Shown here: positions 21,070 to 30,884 of the stretch, piece after piece
Layout of the letters: each line of letters opens with the position of its first letter
How positions within the stretch are numbered: the first letter of the stretch is position 1
Source: Vicinamibacteria bacterium
Lineage (GTDB): Bacteria > Acidobacteriota > Vicinamibacteria > Marinacidobacterales > Marinacidobacteraceae
Length of the DNA: 64,000 nucleotides
Assembly: GCA_963555995.3 (NCBI GenBank)
Contig: OY821641.1
Coordinates: forward strand, 2,560,001 to 2,624,000
Reading direction: 5' to 3'
The notes under the pieces: model-generated
Told to the model about the DNA's origin: nothing
What the model saw: only the letters and a program-made list of their open reading frames with translations
Database searches by the model: none
Translations under genes and position numbers: made by a program

Positions 21070-22875
21070 TCAGTGGCGCCCCGGGCCGGCCCCCGGTCCC
21101 GCCGGGATGATCGGCAGGATGACCTTCGAGGGCCGGTCGGCGTCGTGGTAGATCGTGTTCTCCGCGATGACCACCGGCATGTCCTCGTCCATCTCGCGGC
21201 CGGTGTTGCCGTTCGGCAACCACTTCGGGAAGGAACTGCTGGAGACCGTCATCCGGATGCGGTGGCCCGCCTTGAAGAGGTTCGAGATGGGGTACATCTC
21301 GATGGTGAACTTGTACACCTCGCCCGGGTTCATCAGGACGGGCGCCTCGTCACCCTCGCGGTAGCGCGCGCGCAGGAGGTTCTGGCGGAGGGTCTGCGAG
21401 TAGCCGTCCGGGTGCACATCGGTGATCGTCACCGTCCAGTCGGTGTCCACCGCGCTGGATGAGGCCCAGAGTTCCACCGTCGGCATCCCGGTGACCTCGG
21501 TGTCCTCCTCGAGCACCGGCGTCGTGAAGGTCAGGCTGCGGCGGTCGGCGGGCCGGTTGTCGCGGGCGCCCATGGGCTGGATGAACAGGTCGCCGCCGAT
21601 GGACAGCACCGGATCGCGCGGGTCGTACTCGTAGGTGTCCGGCGCCTCGTCGCCGGGCGGTTCGGTGGAGAGCGTCCCGTCGTTCAGCGAATCAATGGAA
21701 TCGCTCTTCGCCGCCCGGAAGTAGTAGTCCGTCCGCACCTCGCGGGCGATCGGATACTCGTTCTCCCGCCGCCAGGTGTTCGCGCCCATGATGAACAGGC
21801 TCACCTTCGGCTCGTCCATGATGCCGTTGTCAATGCCCTTCAGGTGGTAGTCGAACCACCTGAGGCGCAGCGCGTTGTAATCAATGGCCGCCTCCGGCCC
21901 GAAGTCGAGATCGCCGATCACCCGGGCGTTGATGAGGCCGGCCCCGTGGAGCCACGGCCCGATGAACAGCCGCTGGGTGTCCCGGGCGTTCGCCATGCCC
22001 TGGGCCTGGATGCCGTTGAAGTGCCCCACCTGCGAGTGCGGATAGCGGTCGTACCAACTCGCGTAGTGCATGATCGGCGTGTCGATCTGGTCCCACTGCT
22101 CGTCCACCGCGTACTGCCGCCAGTAGTCGTTGTAGTACGGGTTCTCGATCATGTCGGTCATCATGCGGGTGAGCATGCTCCGGCCCATCGGCGCCTCGGT
22201 CTCGAGTCGCTGCTGGTGCCACTGCATCCAGGCCTGGTCGGCGCCGACGTAGCCGGTCCGCCGTCCGGGGTCGTCGAGCGGCACCGGCTGGACCATCTCG
22301 TTCTGCGAGAGCAGCCAGGTCGGCATGATCATGTGGAGCGCGCCGCCCGCCCAGTAGAGGTCCTTGTAGGCGTTCGAGGCCGAGTGCGCGCAGAACATGG
22401 CGGCCAGGTGCGGCGGCCGGGTCGGCGCGGTCAGGTACTGGTTGAAGCAGGTGAACGAGAGCCCCTGCGTCCCGACCTTACCGGTGGACCACGGCTGGGT
22501 GCCCGCCCACTCGATGGTGTCGTAGCCGTCCTGCCGCTCGTGCCACGCCTGGTCGAGCAGCCAGTGGTAGGTGCCCTCCGAGTTGTAGCGGCCACGCTCG
22601 TCCTGGACGATCGCGACGTAGCCGCGCTGGGCGAAGTACGGCGCGAACCGGTGCGCGCAGTCACCCTTGTTGTACGGCGTCCGCTCCAGGATGACGGGCC
22701 ACGGCCCGTCCCCCTGGTTGTTGGGCATGTACACGTCCGTGGCCAGGTTGGTGCCGTCGCGCATCGGCACCATCACCTCCTCGCAGGTGTAGGGCTGGGC
22801 AGCGGCGGCGCCGGCCGCCAGCAGCATGAGTGCGGCGCCAAACAGAATCCGCGTCGAACAGCTATTCAAGACCAT
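21070..22875 (-). CDS. CocE/NonD family hydrolase (S15)
   Basis: MRDGTNLATDVY, RTPY, DERGRYNSEG, nucleophile elbow GLSF, GPWLH and a PepX-like C-terminal domain; signal peptide after the start at 22875. Confidence 0.92.
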   Translation of the reverse strand: MVLNSCSTRILFGAALMLLAAGAAAAQPYTCEEVMVPMRDGTNLATDVYMPNNQGDGPWPVILERTPYNKGDCAHRFAPYFAQRGYVAIVQDERGRYNSEGTYHWLLDQAWHERQDGYDTIEWAGTQPWSTGKVGTQGLSFTCFNQYLTAPTRPPHLAAMFCAHSASNAYKDLYWAGGALHMIMPTWLLSQNEMVQPVPLDDPGRRTGYVGADQAWMQWHQQRLETEAPMGRSMLTRMMTDMIENPYYNDYWRQYAVDEQWDQIDTPIMHYASWYDRYPHSQVGHFNGIQAQGMANARDTQRLFIGPWLHGAGLINARVIGDLDFGPEAAIDYNALRLRWFDYHLKGIDNGIMDEPKVSLFIMGANTWRRENEYPIAREVRTDYYFRAAKSDSIDSLNDGTLSTEPPGDEAPDTYEYDPRDPVLSIGGDLFIQPMGARDNRPADRRSLTFTTPVLEEDTEVTGMPTVELWASSSAVDTDWTVTITDVHPDGYSQTLRQNLLRARYREGDEAPVLMNPGEVYKFTIEMYPISNLFKAGHRIRMTVSSSSFPKWLPNGNTGREMDEDMPVVIAENTIYHDADRPSKVILPIIPAGPGAGPGRH

Positions 22876-23127
22876 GGGGACTACCTCCAATCCGTCAAGT
22901 CGGTAGGACCGGCGACGGTACGTGCGACCCTCCGGCTCTGTCAACGGGGATAGTGGCGCGCCGGCTTGGAACGCCGGTCTCCGACCGGCACGCGCGGCGC
23001 TCCGCGCCGCGCACGTCGTGCCGCTCCTCGCGCCCGATGACACCACCGGCTGGAACGCTCTCCCACCGGACGGCACCCCCGCCCGGAACGCCGGCTTCAG
23101 CCGCCACCACCCGCCGCAGGCTGCCGG

Positions 23128-23200
23128 CCTTGCCTCCACGAAACGACGGGAGGCGAGGATGCGGCAGACATCCCGGCCGGAAAGAACGCGCCGCCTACTG
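23128..23200 (-). pseudogene. HicA toxin N-terminal remnant
   Basis: SRRRVLSGRDVCRILASRRFVEAR right after hicB matches a HicA start, then breaks into REP sequence before the GSH motif. Confidence 0.6.
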
Positions 23201-23416
23201 GGCGGCGACCTCAACCTGCGTCACGTAGATCTCTCCACGAAGGCGCCGGTCGAGTTCCTCGGCGGAGGCGGTCTCGAAGAAGAGGGTCAGCGCTTCCGTC
23301 AGGTTCGCGCGTGCTTCGGCAACGGTGTCTCCCTGGCTCGCGACATCCACTTCGGGACACAGCGCGACATATCCGTCGGCCTCACGTTCAACGATTGCAG
23401 TCAGGTGGCGCGTCAT
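23195..23416 (-). CDS. hicB: HicB-family antitoxin
   Basis: LTAIVEREADGYVALCPEVDVASQGDTVAEARANLTEALTLFFE. Confidence 0.9.
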   Translation of the reverse strand: MTRHLTAIVEREADGYVALCPEVDVASQGDTVAEARANLTEALTLFFETASAEELDRRLRGEIYVTQVEVAAQ

Positions 23417-23589
23417 CGCGCCCTCATCCTATCGCCACTCCGACGCCGATCCCCACCCTCCCGGACGGCGCCCCCGGCTGGGAACGCTCTCCCGCACGAC
23501 CGCACGACGGCTTGGAACGCCGGTCTCCAGACCGGCACCGCCCGCCGCAGGCGGGCGAGAAGCGGAGCAGCGCTCCCGGCGTCCAGCTC

Positions 23590-25194
23590 TCACTTCGGAA
23601 TCTGTCCAGCCCGGGATTCCGGGAGGGCCCCGCCCAGCAGCAGGTCCCGGAACCACTCCGGCGGCGCAGCGCCGGGCCGGAGCGTGATCGCCCCGACCCG
23701 GTTGTCCGCGACGAATGTTTCATCCGCGAGCCACGATGCCGCGCTCACGTCTGGCACGAGCAGCAGGGTCGCGTCGGATCGTTCCCCGTCCCAGCGGAGC
23801 GCGTCCTGATAGGGGTGGGCGGATTCCGCCATTCCGCCCACGATCCCCTCCGGGCGCGCGCGGTACTTCGCGTCAAGGACCACGAAACCGGAACCTTCCG
23901 CCAGCCCCTCCCGATGCAGGACGAGATCCGGCACGAACTGGGCGGAAACCGACCGCAAGTCCGCTCCGTGCCGCGACGCGGTCTTCTGCAGGAAGAGAGA
24001 GATCGCAGCGCGGTCGCCGCGCCGGAACCGGACCCACCGGCGGTCGCCCTTCTCCCGTCCCTGTGACTTCCGCCATTCCGCCTCCGGAAGCCATTCCCGC
24101 AGCCGACGCGCCAACTCCACGAAGCACCACCGCTCGTAGATCTCCCAAGTCGGGCTGAGCGGGAGGTCGTCCTCGGCGTCGCGATGGATTCCGGGCCGGA
24201 GGGCCTCCCACCCGGTCCGCCAGAACTGCGCGTACATCGGGTGCGCGGCGACGGCGTTCAGCCCGGCCGCGGTGATCTCGGGCCGCCGGGCGTCCCGGAA
24301 GGGCGACTTCCGCTCGGCGCGCTCGAAGCGCCGGGACATCCGGTCCAGAATCTCTTCCCAGCGGGGTAGCCGCGTCCGGAACCCGGTCCGGGTCTCGGCC
24401 TCGCCTTCCTTCCCCGCCTCGTCCCGCAGCCGTTCCCGCACCCGTCCGGCGCGTCGCCGGAGCGCCCGCAGCATGGTGAGCGCGGCGCGGTTCGCGGGAG
24501 CGTCGAGGCTGCGCTCGGCGGCCGGCGTGTCCAGGAACGGCGGGCTCGCGGGTGACGCCCCCATCTCCGCCGGGCGCGTCTGCGGGAGCGCCGCAAGCGC
24601 CGCCGGTTCGCGCAGCGCGGTGCGGAGCGTGCGGAGGTCGGCGCGGCGCACCCGGTGGAGCGGGACCCACTCCCGCCGGGTGCGCAACACGCTGCGCGGC
24701 TCACGGTGGATCGCGGCGATGGCGCGGACGAGCGCCCCTTCCCGGCGGCGGAGGCGCTCCAGCGCGACCAGCGGATCGTCCGCTTCCCCGAGAGCGCCGA
24801 GCCGTTCGCGGGCAGGCTCCGTCCCGAGCACCAGTTCGGGATCGTGGTCGAGGATCTCCGTCAACATGCGGTCGAAGGTTTCCGGGTCCGCCTTGTCCGG
24901 GTCCGGACTCACGCCGAGCCGCCAGCTCCCGAGCGCTGTTCCATCCGGTGCGAGAAGTTCGGCGCGCACCGGCCCGGCGTAGTAGCCGGGCCTCCAGACC
25001 CAGATCGCCTCTCCCGCTTCCAGGGGCTCGTCGTCCACCAGCAGACGGCATCCCTCAGGCATTCCCCGGCCTTCGGGAATCCGGAGCTCCGCCTCGCGCA
25101 ACTCGGAGAACGCGACGTTCGGCCCGGCGGGGTCGAGGGTCACCCACCCCTCTTCCCGCCGCACCTGGAGAGGAACGTGAGGAACGGTTGCCAC
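23590..25194 (-). CDS. McrC-like DUF2357/PD-(D/E)XK nuclease
   Basis: TWEIYERWCF, VPDLVL...VVLDAKYR and YQDAL; directly downstream of an McrB-like ATPase. Confidence 0.85.
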   Translation of the reverse strand: MATVPHVPLQVRREEGWVTLDPAGPNVAFSELREAELRIPEGRGMPEGCRLLVDDEPLEAGEAIWVWRPGYYAGPVRAELLAPDGTALGSWRLGVSPDPDKADPETFDRMLTEILDHDPELVLGTEPARERLGALGEADDPLVALERLRRREGALVRAIAAIHREPRSVLRTRREWVPLHRVRRADLRTLRTALREPAALAALPQTRPAEMGASPASPPFLDTPAAERSLDAPANRAALTMLRALRRRAGRVRERLRDEAGKEGEAETRTGFRTRLPRWEEILDRMSRRFERAERKSPFRDARRPEITAAGLNAVAAHPMYAQFWRTGWEALRPGIHRDAEDDLPLSPTWEIYERWCFVELARRLREWLPEAEWRKSQGREKGDRRWVRFRRGDRAAISLFLQKTASRHGADLRSVSAQFVPDLVLHREGLAEGSGFVVLDAKYRARPEGIVGGMAESAHPYQDALRWDGERSDATLLLVPDVSAASWLADETFVADNRVGAITLRPGAAPPEWFRDLLLGGALPESRAGQIPK

Positions 25195-25198
25195 CGCG

Positions 25199-27451
25199 CT
25201 ACCGCCAGAAGCGGAAACTTCCGGTCTCGTCGAGATCCTGGACGAGTTCCCTGACCTTGCGCGCCGAGTCCTTCAGCCCGGCGCCATCGAGCACTTCCCG
25301 GCACTCCTTGAGGGCCTTCCGGTATCGCTCCGAGTCGTCGCCGCGCAGCTTGGGAAGCACCTTGGCGTAGGCGATCTGATCGAGCGCCTCCTCGAACGAC
25401 ATCTCGGCGGAATCCGCGGCGCGCCGTTCGAGGAAGGCGACGAACTCCGAGATCACCCGCCAGCCGAAATGGAGCCGGGCCGGACTCAGCGCCGCCATCA
25501 ACTCGTTCAGCAGCTTCCGAACACGATCCCGTTCGTCGCCGGCCAGCTCGCACGCCTCCCAGCCCGGCCACGCGTCCACCTCGATGTCCCAGAACTCCCG
25601 CGTGAACGCCCGGTCCAGCACCTTGTCCGAGAGTCCCATCGTCGTCTCGTCCATGTTCACGGTGCCGATGAGGACCAGGTTCCGGGGATAGGGAATGCGC
25701 TGCGGCACGCCGAGCGCCATCTCGTCGGAGTCGTGGAACTCCACCATGCCGCCCTCCCGCTCCATCGCGCTGAGCAGCGGCGCGAGGTACTGCTCCGGAT
25801 GGGACAGGTTCATCTCGTCCAGCACGGCGACGTGGACCTCCTTGGGATTCCCCGCCGCGTGCAGCAGGAAGCGCTGGAAGTCGGTTCCCGCGTAGGCGCC
25901 GTCCAGCGGGTTCACGTACCCGAGGAGCGGGCTCGGGTCGTGCCAGCCGGGCGCGGCGGACACCGCGCAGAGCCGGACGGACGACTCGTCGTCGGCGCCC
26001 GTCAGGGCCCGCCCGTACTCCATCGCGAGCTGGGTTTTGCCGCTGCCCGAGAGCCCCGCGAGGATGGCGAAGTGGCGCCGTTCGTTCGCCCAGAGGCCGA
26101 GGTGGAGCGACTCGATCAGCTCGCGGGAGAAGGCGAGGTCGCGTTCGCTAGCGGCGGCCTGGACCCTTTCAACGATCTCACCGAGCGGCGGCACGAACAC
26201 CACCGGGATCGGGTCGTCGTCCTCGTAGCGTTTGGGGAACCAGTGACGCAGGAACCTGTCGTGGTCCTGCTCGGCTCCGTTGAACGTGAAGTCAATCAAG
26301 GCGTCCGCGGCCCAGGGAAGCGTTCCTGAACCGGGCGTGACTTTCCAAAGCGTCGTCCGTTCCGTGTAGAAGTACCACTCGCGGTGTGGTTCCATGGGCG
26401 TCCACTGCACACGGAGTTTGCGACCGTCTCCCATGTTCTCGGTCACGACACCGGTCGCCTTGATCGCCATCGTGGATGTGCTTTCACCCCTGTTGTCGAA
26501 CGGGAGACCGTGTTTCTTGGTGTAGGTGGACTTGATGGCGATACGGTCTCGGCGCTCTATCGACTTGACGCCATCCAGATACCTGTCGTCGTAACCGTTC
26601 TCCCATACACCGTCCCGCAGGAAGCGATCGGTCTGGTCCTCGTTGCCGAAAATCGCTCCGACGAACCAGCAGGGGCGATCTTCTGCGGGCTCAGGCGCGG
26701 CTCCCCCGCCACCGGCGACCGCGAACAAGACCGACTGCGCTTCCAGCCGGTCCCTGGGCCGTTCAAGGCCGGATTCGCGAGCGCGTCGAACGAGTTCGTC
26801 GAGGAATCCCAGTGCGTGGTCGTAGTGTGAGCCCTCGTCGCCGCTGGGGGCAGACGCCGGATGTCCGGTGCGTTCGTACGTCTCGGCGAACTCCGTCACC
26901 TTGTAGGGCGGAAACTGGCGGGCGTCGCGAGCCATCAGGAGAACGGCGATCCATCTCAGACGTGTGCCGGTGCCCTTAGTGGGCGCTTGCTTACCGCTGG
27001 GCAACCTGTCGGGAATCAGAGCCGTGAACGCGCGAATCCGATCGGCAGTTGACAGGCCGATGTCCTCAGCCCAGATTACTCGCAGAGCTTTCCGAGCTTC
27101 GTCCGGCTGCTCGCTGAACCAGTTACGCAGGCCGGTCTTGTCATAAGTGGAGGTGAGGTTGTTGCTGATCGCCTTCGCGACCGCGTCGAGGCAGTTCTCA
27201 TCACCCTGCAGAACGGCCCGACGGGCTTCCTGAAGCTGTCGCTCGATGGCGCGCTTGTAGTCGAGTTCTTCGCTATCCAGACGGCCAGTCTCGATGTAGC
27301 TACGCACTTCATCGAGGTAGAGGTTCCATCGACGGGTCACGCGCGCTCTTCCGGCAATCTCCGAAAGCCCCTCTGGCCCGTACTTGCGGCGTTTCGTCTC
27401 TATTGCCTTCTGCCCCGCCGATGGCGGTCCGCTTGGTAGATCCCTCGTCAT
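25199..27451 (-). CDS. McrB-like AAA+ GTPase with long N-terminal recognition region
   Basis: GLSGSGKT, LDEMNLS, GTVNMDETT..LSDKVLDRA, KVLPKLRG; likely ATG at 27451. Confidence 0.9.
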   Translation of the reverse strand: MTRDLPSGPPSAGQKAIETKRRKYGPEGLSEIAGRARVTRRWNLYLDEVRSYIETGRLDSEELDYKRAIERQLQEARRAVLQGDENCLDAVAKAISNNLTSTYDKTGLRNWFSEQPDEARKALRVIWAEDIGLSTADRIRAFTALIPDRLPSGKQAPTKGTGTRLRWIAVLLMARDARQFPPYKVTEFAETYERTGHPASAPSGDEGSHYDHALGFLDELVRRARESGLERPRDRLEAQSVLFAVAGGGGAAPEPAEDRPCWFVGAIFGNEDQTDRFLRDGVWENGYDDRYLDGVKSIERRDRIAIKSTYTKKHGLPFDNRGESTSTMAIKATGVVTENMGDGRKLRVQWTPMEPHREWYFYTERTTLWKVTPGSGTLPWAADALIDFTFNGAEQDHDRFLRHWFPKRYEDDDPIPVVFVPPLGEIVERVQAAASERDLAFSRELIESLHLGLWANERRHFAILAGLSGSGKTQLAMEYGRALTGADDESSVRLCAVSAAPGWHDPSPLLGYVNPLDGAYAGTDFQRFLLHAAGNPKEVHVAVLDEMNLSHPEQYLAPLLSAMEREGGMVEFHDSDEMALGVPQRIPYPRNLVLIGTVNMDETTMGLSDKVLDRAFTREFWDIEVDAWPGWEACELAGDERDRVRKLLNELMAALSPARLHFGWRVISEFVAFLERRAADSAEMSFEEALDQIAYAKVLPKLRGDDSERYRKALKECREVLDGAGLKDSARKVRELVQDLDETGSFRFWR

Positions 27452-27668
27452 TCTCGCTACTCCTTGCCCAAGGCCTCCATAGCCTCCCCTCAAGCTAAGG
27501 GGCTACGTCTTCGGGGTGGCGTCCGCAGCCCTTCTGCTCCAGGCCCAAACTGAGTTCGGTCATTCCGTTCCCCTCTCCCGGACGGCGCCGGGGCGCGAAT
27601 GATCCCAACGTGGCGCGCCGAAACCTGTCATTCATCGGGCCGGCGGCGCGGCCCCGCGTTCCCGGCGC

Positions 27669-28859
27669 CTACGGGGCCTTCTCCAGGCGCACCGCCCGAG
27701 TGCGCACCGCGAGTAGCCGGCGCTCACCGTCCAGCTCGTGGTACACGACGATGGAGTGTTCGCGCGCCTCATCTGCGGCGACGTCGAAGGCATTGAGCCA
27801 CTCTGCCATCCGCGCCCGGACGGCGTGGTCCGCCTGGCGGATCGCCTCGATCCGCCGGAGGCGGGCGTCCGACTCCCTCTCCAGCCGGCGGCGCACCATG
27901 TCCGGCAGCTTCTCCACCCACCACCTCCGAGACTCCGCGTGCTCCTGGCGGAGTTGGCGCTGGAAGGCCCCCACCCGGTCCGCGTCGAAGGCCGTGTGGA
28001 AGTCGCCGACGCACCGTTCCGCCTTCTTCCGGAGCTCCGACTCGCGGTGCTCCACGAACTCGTGATCGTTCTGGAGCGTTAGACACACGTGGAGCATGTC
28101 GGCCCGGAGGTCGAGAATGGCGGCGAGGTGGAACCGGGCGAGATCGGCGACGGCGTGCCGCGCCTCGGGCTCCGAGGTGACCGGCGCCTCCACCAACAAC
28201 CCGAACTGGGCCCGCAACTCGCTCGCGGTCTTCCGGGCCAGCGTCAGCGTCGTCGCGCTGTCGGCCCCGAAGCGCCCGAACCGCGCGTACTCGGCCGCCA
28301 AGCCGTCCACCATGCTCGCCGCCGACTCAAAGCAGGCGTAGTCCCGGGCCTCCAGGACCTTCCGCACCCGCTCGACCTCCTCGACGAGCGCACCGAGTTC
28401 CCGCTGCACCCGATTGAGCCGCGCGGTCACCACGACCGCCGAGACGGTTGCAAACAGCATCAGCGGCGCCACCACCGGCGTCAGGGCGGTGCTGGCGGCG
28501 ACGAAGGGCGCTTGGGCGACGATTCCGCCCGGCCCCATGACCGCCGAGCCGACGCCGGTGCCGATCGTCATGAGCGTTGCCGGATTCGCCGTTGCCAGAA
28601 AGACGTTCCCCGCGAGCAGCGAGGAAGACGCCACGCTCCCGGCGCCCAGCGCCGGCAGGAGCCAGGCGCTCTCGACGATCCCGCCCGATTCGTGCGGTTG
28701 CTTCCCCGACTCGCGCCATGCCGCCCGCAGCAACTCGCTGGCGCTGGTCCCGAGGTCCACGAGCGCGAGCGAGCGCCCCTCGCGGGTCAGAACCTGTCCG
28801 ACCGGGTTCTGCGGCGCTTCCGGCGCAGGCTCAGACTTGTTCACGGCGTCCATCTCCAC
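27669..28859 (-). CDS. Hypothetical protein with Gly/Ala-rich hydrophobic segment and coiled coils
   Basis: 396-aa ORF with coding-like usage; hydrophobic stretch LLPALGAG...VVVTAR followed by heptads. Confidence 0.7.
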   Translation of the reverse strand: MEMDAVNKSEPAPEAPQNPVGQVLTREGRSLALVDLGTSASELLRAAWRESGKQPHESGGIVESAWLLPALGAGSVASSSLLAGNVFLATANPATLMTIGTGVGSAVMGPGGIVAQAPFVAASTALTPVVAPLMLFATVSAVVVTARLNRVQRELGALVEEVERVRKVLEARDYACFESAASMVDGLAAEYARFGRFGADSATTLTLARKTASELRAQFGLLVEAPVTSEPEARHAVADLARFHLAAILDLRADMLHVCLTLQNDHEFVEHRESELRKKAERCVGDFHTAFDADRVGAFQRQLRQEHAESRRWWVEKLPDMVRRRLERESDARLRRIEAIRQADHAVRARMAEWLNAFDVAADEAREHSIVVYHELDGERRLLAVRTRAVRLEKAP

Positions 28860-28899
28860 ATCGCGATGTTACGGGTTCGGTCCGGCGCATACCCCGAGG

Positions 28900-29517
28900 T
28901 CACGCGAAGTCACCCCGCGCCTCCCCTTCCGCGGCGGCGATGGCCCGGCGGTTCTCTCCCCGCTTCAGGAGGGCCAGCGGCGTGACGCCATCCAGCGACG
29001 ACCGCGGCGTGGTCAGCCAGACCCACGCGGCGTAGCCGTCGGAGAAACAGGGGACGATCCGGTCCAGCCCATCGGGGGGTCGGCCCCGCTCGTCGAGTTG
29101 CCCGGCCGGAAAAACATAGCCGCGCCGAGCGCTCTGCCAGCCGACGATTCTGCCCTTGCCGAGGTGGTTGAGGACGGATTGGCGGGTCTTGAAGCCCATG
29201 CGGGCGGCAAGTTCGTCGGAACTCAGAACGACTTCGCCGGGTCCGGGGCGCGTGATGGCGGATAGCCGTCGTGCCGCCTCCTCGGCGCTGACCTGATGGG
29301 GCGCCTCACCACGGATCGTCTCGGGCTCCACGGCCGGTGCGGACGTTCCCTCGGTCGCCAGGGTGGCCGCCACCGCCGCCAATGCGGAACCCACGGCCTC
29401 GGGATGTTGCGCCAGGGTGGCGATGTGGCGGGCGCTCAGATGGCGAGCGGCCGTGTGGACCACGTTTTCCAGCGCCCGGACTGGGCTTGTCTCTGCCTCG
29501 ATGACCGTGTTCTTCAT
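28900..29517 (-). CDS. Xre/MbcA/ParS-type antitoxin
   Basis: HTH (SSDELAARMGFKTRQSV), YVFPAGQ, C-terminal AWVWLTTPRSSLDGVTPLALL toxin-binding domain. No intact RES toxin downstream. Confidence 0.8.
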   Translation of the reverse strand: MKNTVIEAETSPVRALENVVHTAARHLSARHIATLAQHPEAVGSALAAVAATLATEGTSAPAVEPETIRGEAPHQVSAEEAARRLSAITRPGPGEVVLSSDELAARMGFKTRQSVLNHLGKGRIVGWQSARRGYVFPAGQLDERGRPPDGLDRIVPCFSDGYAAWVWLTTPRSSLDGVTPLALLKRGENRRAIAAAEGEARGDFA

Positions 29518-29537
29518 GCCGTTGGCCTCACGACTGG

Positions 29538-29566
29538 ATATTCGTCCATTTCGCCTATTCTGTCAA
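29538..29566 (-). promoter_or_regulatory. Putative sigma70 promoter of the Xre antitoxin
   Basis: Minus strand TTGACA-17 nt-GAATAT, about 20 nt before the ATG. Confidence 0.4.
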
Positions 29567-29676
29567 CATGGTGTTTGGACCCGTGTTGTTTTTCCGCGTA
29601 AATCGGATCCCGGAGGGAACGACTTACCAGAAAGACGAGCGGTCCCGCTTTTGCCGCACGGCGTCACGCCGCGACG

Positions 29677-30804
29677 TTAGGGGTCCGGTGCAGCGTCCGG
29701 CCCGGTGGGGCGGGTCGCCCGGTAGGCCTGGCGGGGGTGGCTGCGGCTCTCGGGGTAGTGCAGTTCGAGGTGTCCGGCCTTCGTCATCGGGGTCAGGTAC
29801 CGGCGCTTCAGGTAGTTCGTGTCGAAACCGAGCCATGCCGCCAACTCGGCGGGACGGGTCCAGCCGCGAGCCTCCGTGATCTCAAGAATCAACCGGCGCA
29901 CAACGTCGGGGAGCGGGCGCGACGTCTGGCGGATCGCGCGGAGCTCGATCTGCATGTACTCGGGGATGTCGTCCGGCAGCGGCGGCGGGGTCGCCGGAGC
30001 GGGGACGGACGCCGGTTTCGGAGACGCCTTGCGCCGTCGGGCCGGCGCGGGGGACGGTTTCGGTCCGGGTCGCGGTTTCGGCGCAGGCGGCGGTCTCGAC
30101 TCGGGCGGCGGTCTCGACTCAGGCGGCAGTCCCCGCTCCGGGCGTGCCGCGGACCCGACCGGCCTCTCCGGGCGGACGGCTTCCGGTGCGGAGGCGGAGG
30201 ACGCCTCCCGTTGGGCGGCGGGTGCCGGCGGGTCGGGGGCGGGACCGCCACCGTCAGCGGTCCGGTCCGGGTCCGGCGCCGGAGCCGGGACCGGGTCGTC
30301 CATGACCTCTTCCAGGAACCGGGCGGCCCGCTTGGTGAGATCCGTGGCGCCGTCGGTGAACGTGGCGAAGGCGGCCCCCCACAGCACCATACGTTCGCCG
30401 AGGACGGCGCACCAGACCCCGAGCCGACCCAGCCGCCCCTCGGCGCTGCTCCAGTTCCGGCCCCAGGAGCCGACCCGCGCGCCGAGGTTCTGCACTCGGC
30501 GGCCGAGGAATCCGGCGAGCCGCAGGGCCTTGACGACCCGGCCCGAGCCGCGTCCCAGCCAGCGGAGGAAGCGGAGGAACCACTCGCCCAGCCGGACGAG
30601 CCACAGCCAGACGCCGACCCCGAACGTCCAGAGCCGCGGGCGCGGCTTCAGGACGAAGCGGCGGATGCCGGCGAGCCCGGGCGGCTGGCGCGACTCCAGG
30701 AGTCTGCGGACGGACTCGACCGTCTCGACCTCACCGGGATCCTCGCCGTGGGAGGAGGACGGAGGCGGCTCGTCCAACGGCTGCCGAAGGTTCAGGACGC
30801 CCAC
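29677..30804 (-). CDS. Hypothetical protein: amphipathic N-terminus, Pro-rich linker, C-terminal winged-HTH
   Basis: C-terminus VVRRLILEITEARGWTRPAELAAWLGFDTNYLKRRYLTPMTKAGHLELHYPESRSHPRQAYRAT resembles the wHTH tail of Fic-like and Schlafen-ATPase proteins. Confidence 0.7.
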   Translation of the reverse strand: MGVLNLRQPLDEPPPSSSHGEDPGEVETVESVRRLLESRQPPGLAGIRRFVLKPRPRLWTFGVGVWLWLVRLGEWFLRFLRWLGRGSGRVVKALRLAGFLGRRVQNLGARVGSWGRNWSSAEGRLGRLGVWCAVLGERMVLWGAAFATFTDGATDLTKRAARFLEEVMDDPVPAPAPDPDRTADGGGPAPDPPAPAAQREASSASAPEAVRPERPVGSAARPERGLPPESRPPPESRPPPAPKPRPGPKPSPAPARRRKASPKPASVPAPATPPPLPDDIPEYMQIELRAIRQTSRPLPDVVRRLILEITEARGWTRPAELAAWLGFDTNYLKRRYLTPMTKAGHLELHYPESRSHPRQAYRATRPTGPDAAPDP

Positions 30805-30884
30805 GCCGGTCAGCGCGCCCCGGCGGTTCGGGGAGTGGACGGGGAGCCGGGCATGTGCTTTCGGAGGAACCGAGGCGCGGTCGT

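Noticed and set aside
21070-23214. HicA-CocE fusion suggested by the 714-aa ORF
   Set aside because: Chance read-through across a HicA stub and REP repeats; CocE has its own signal peptide after 22875.
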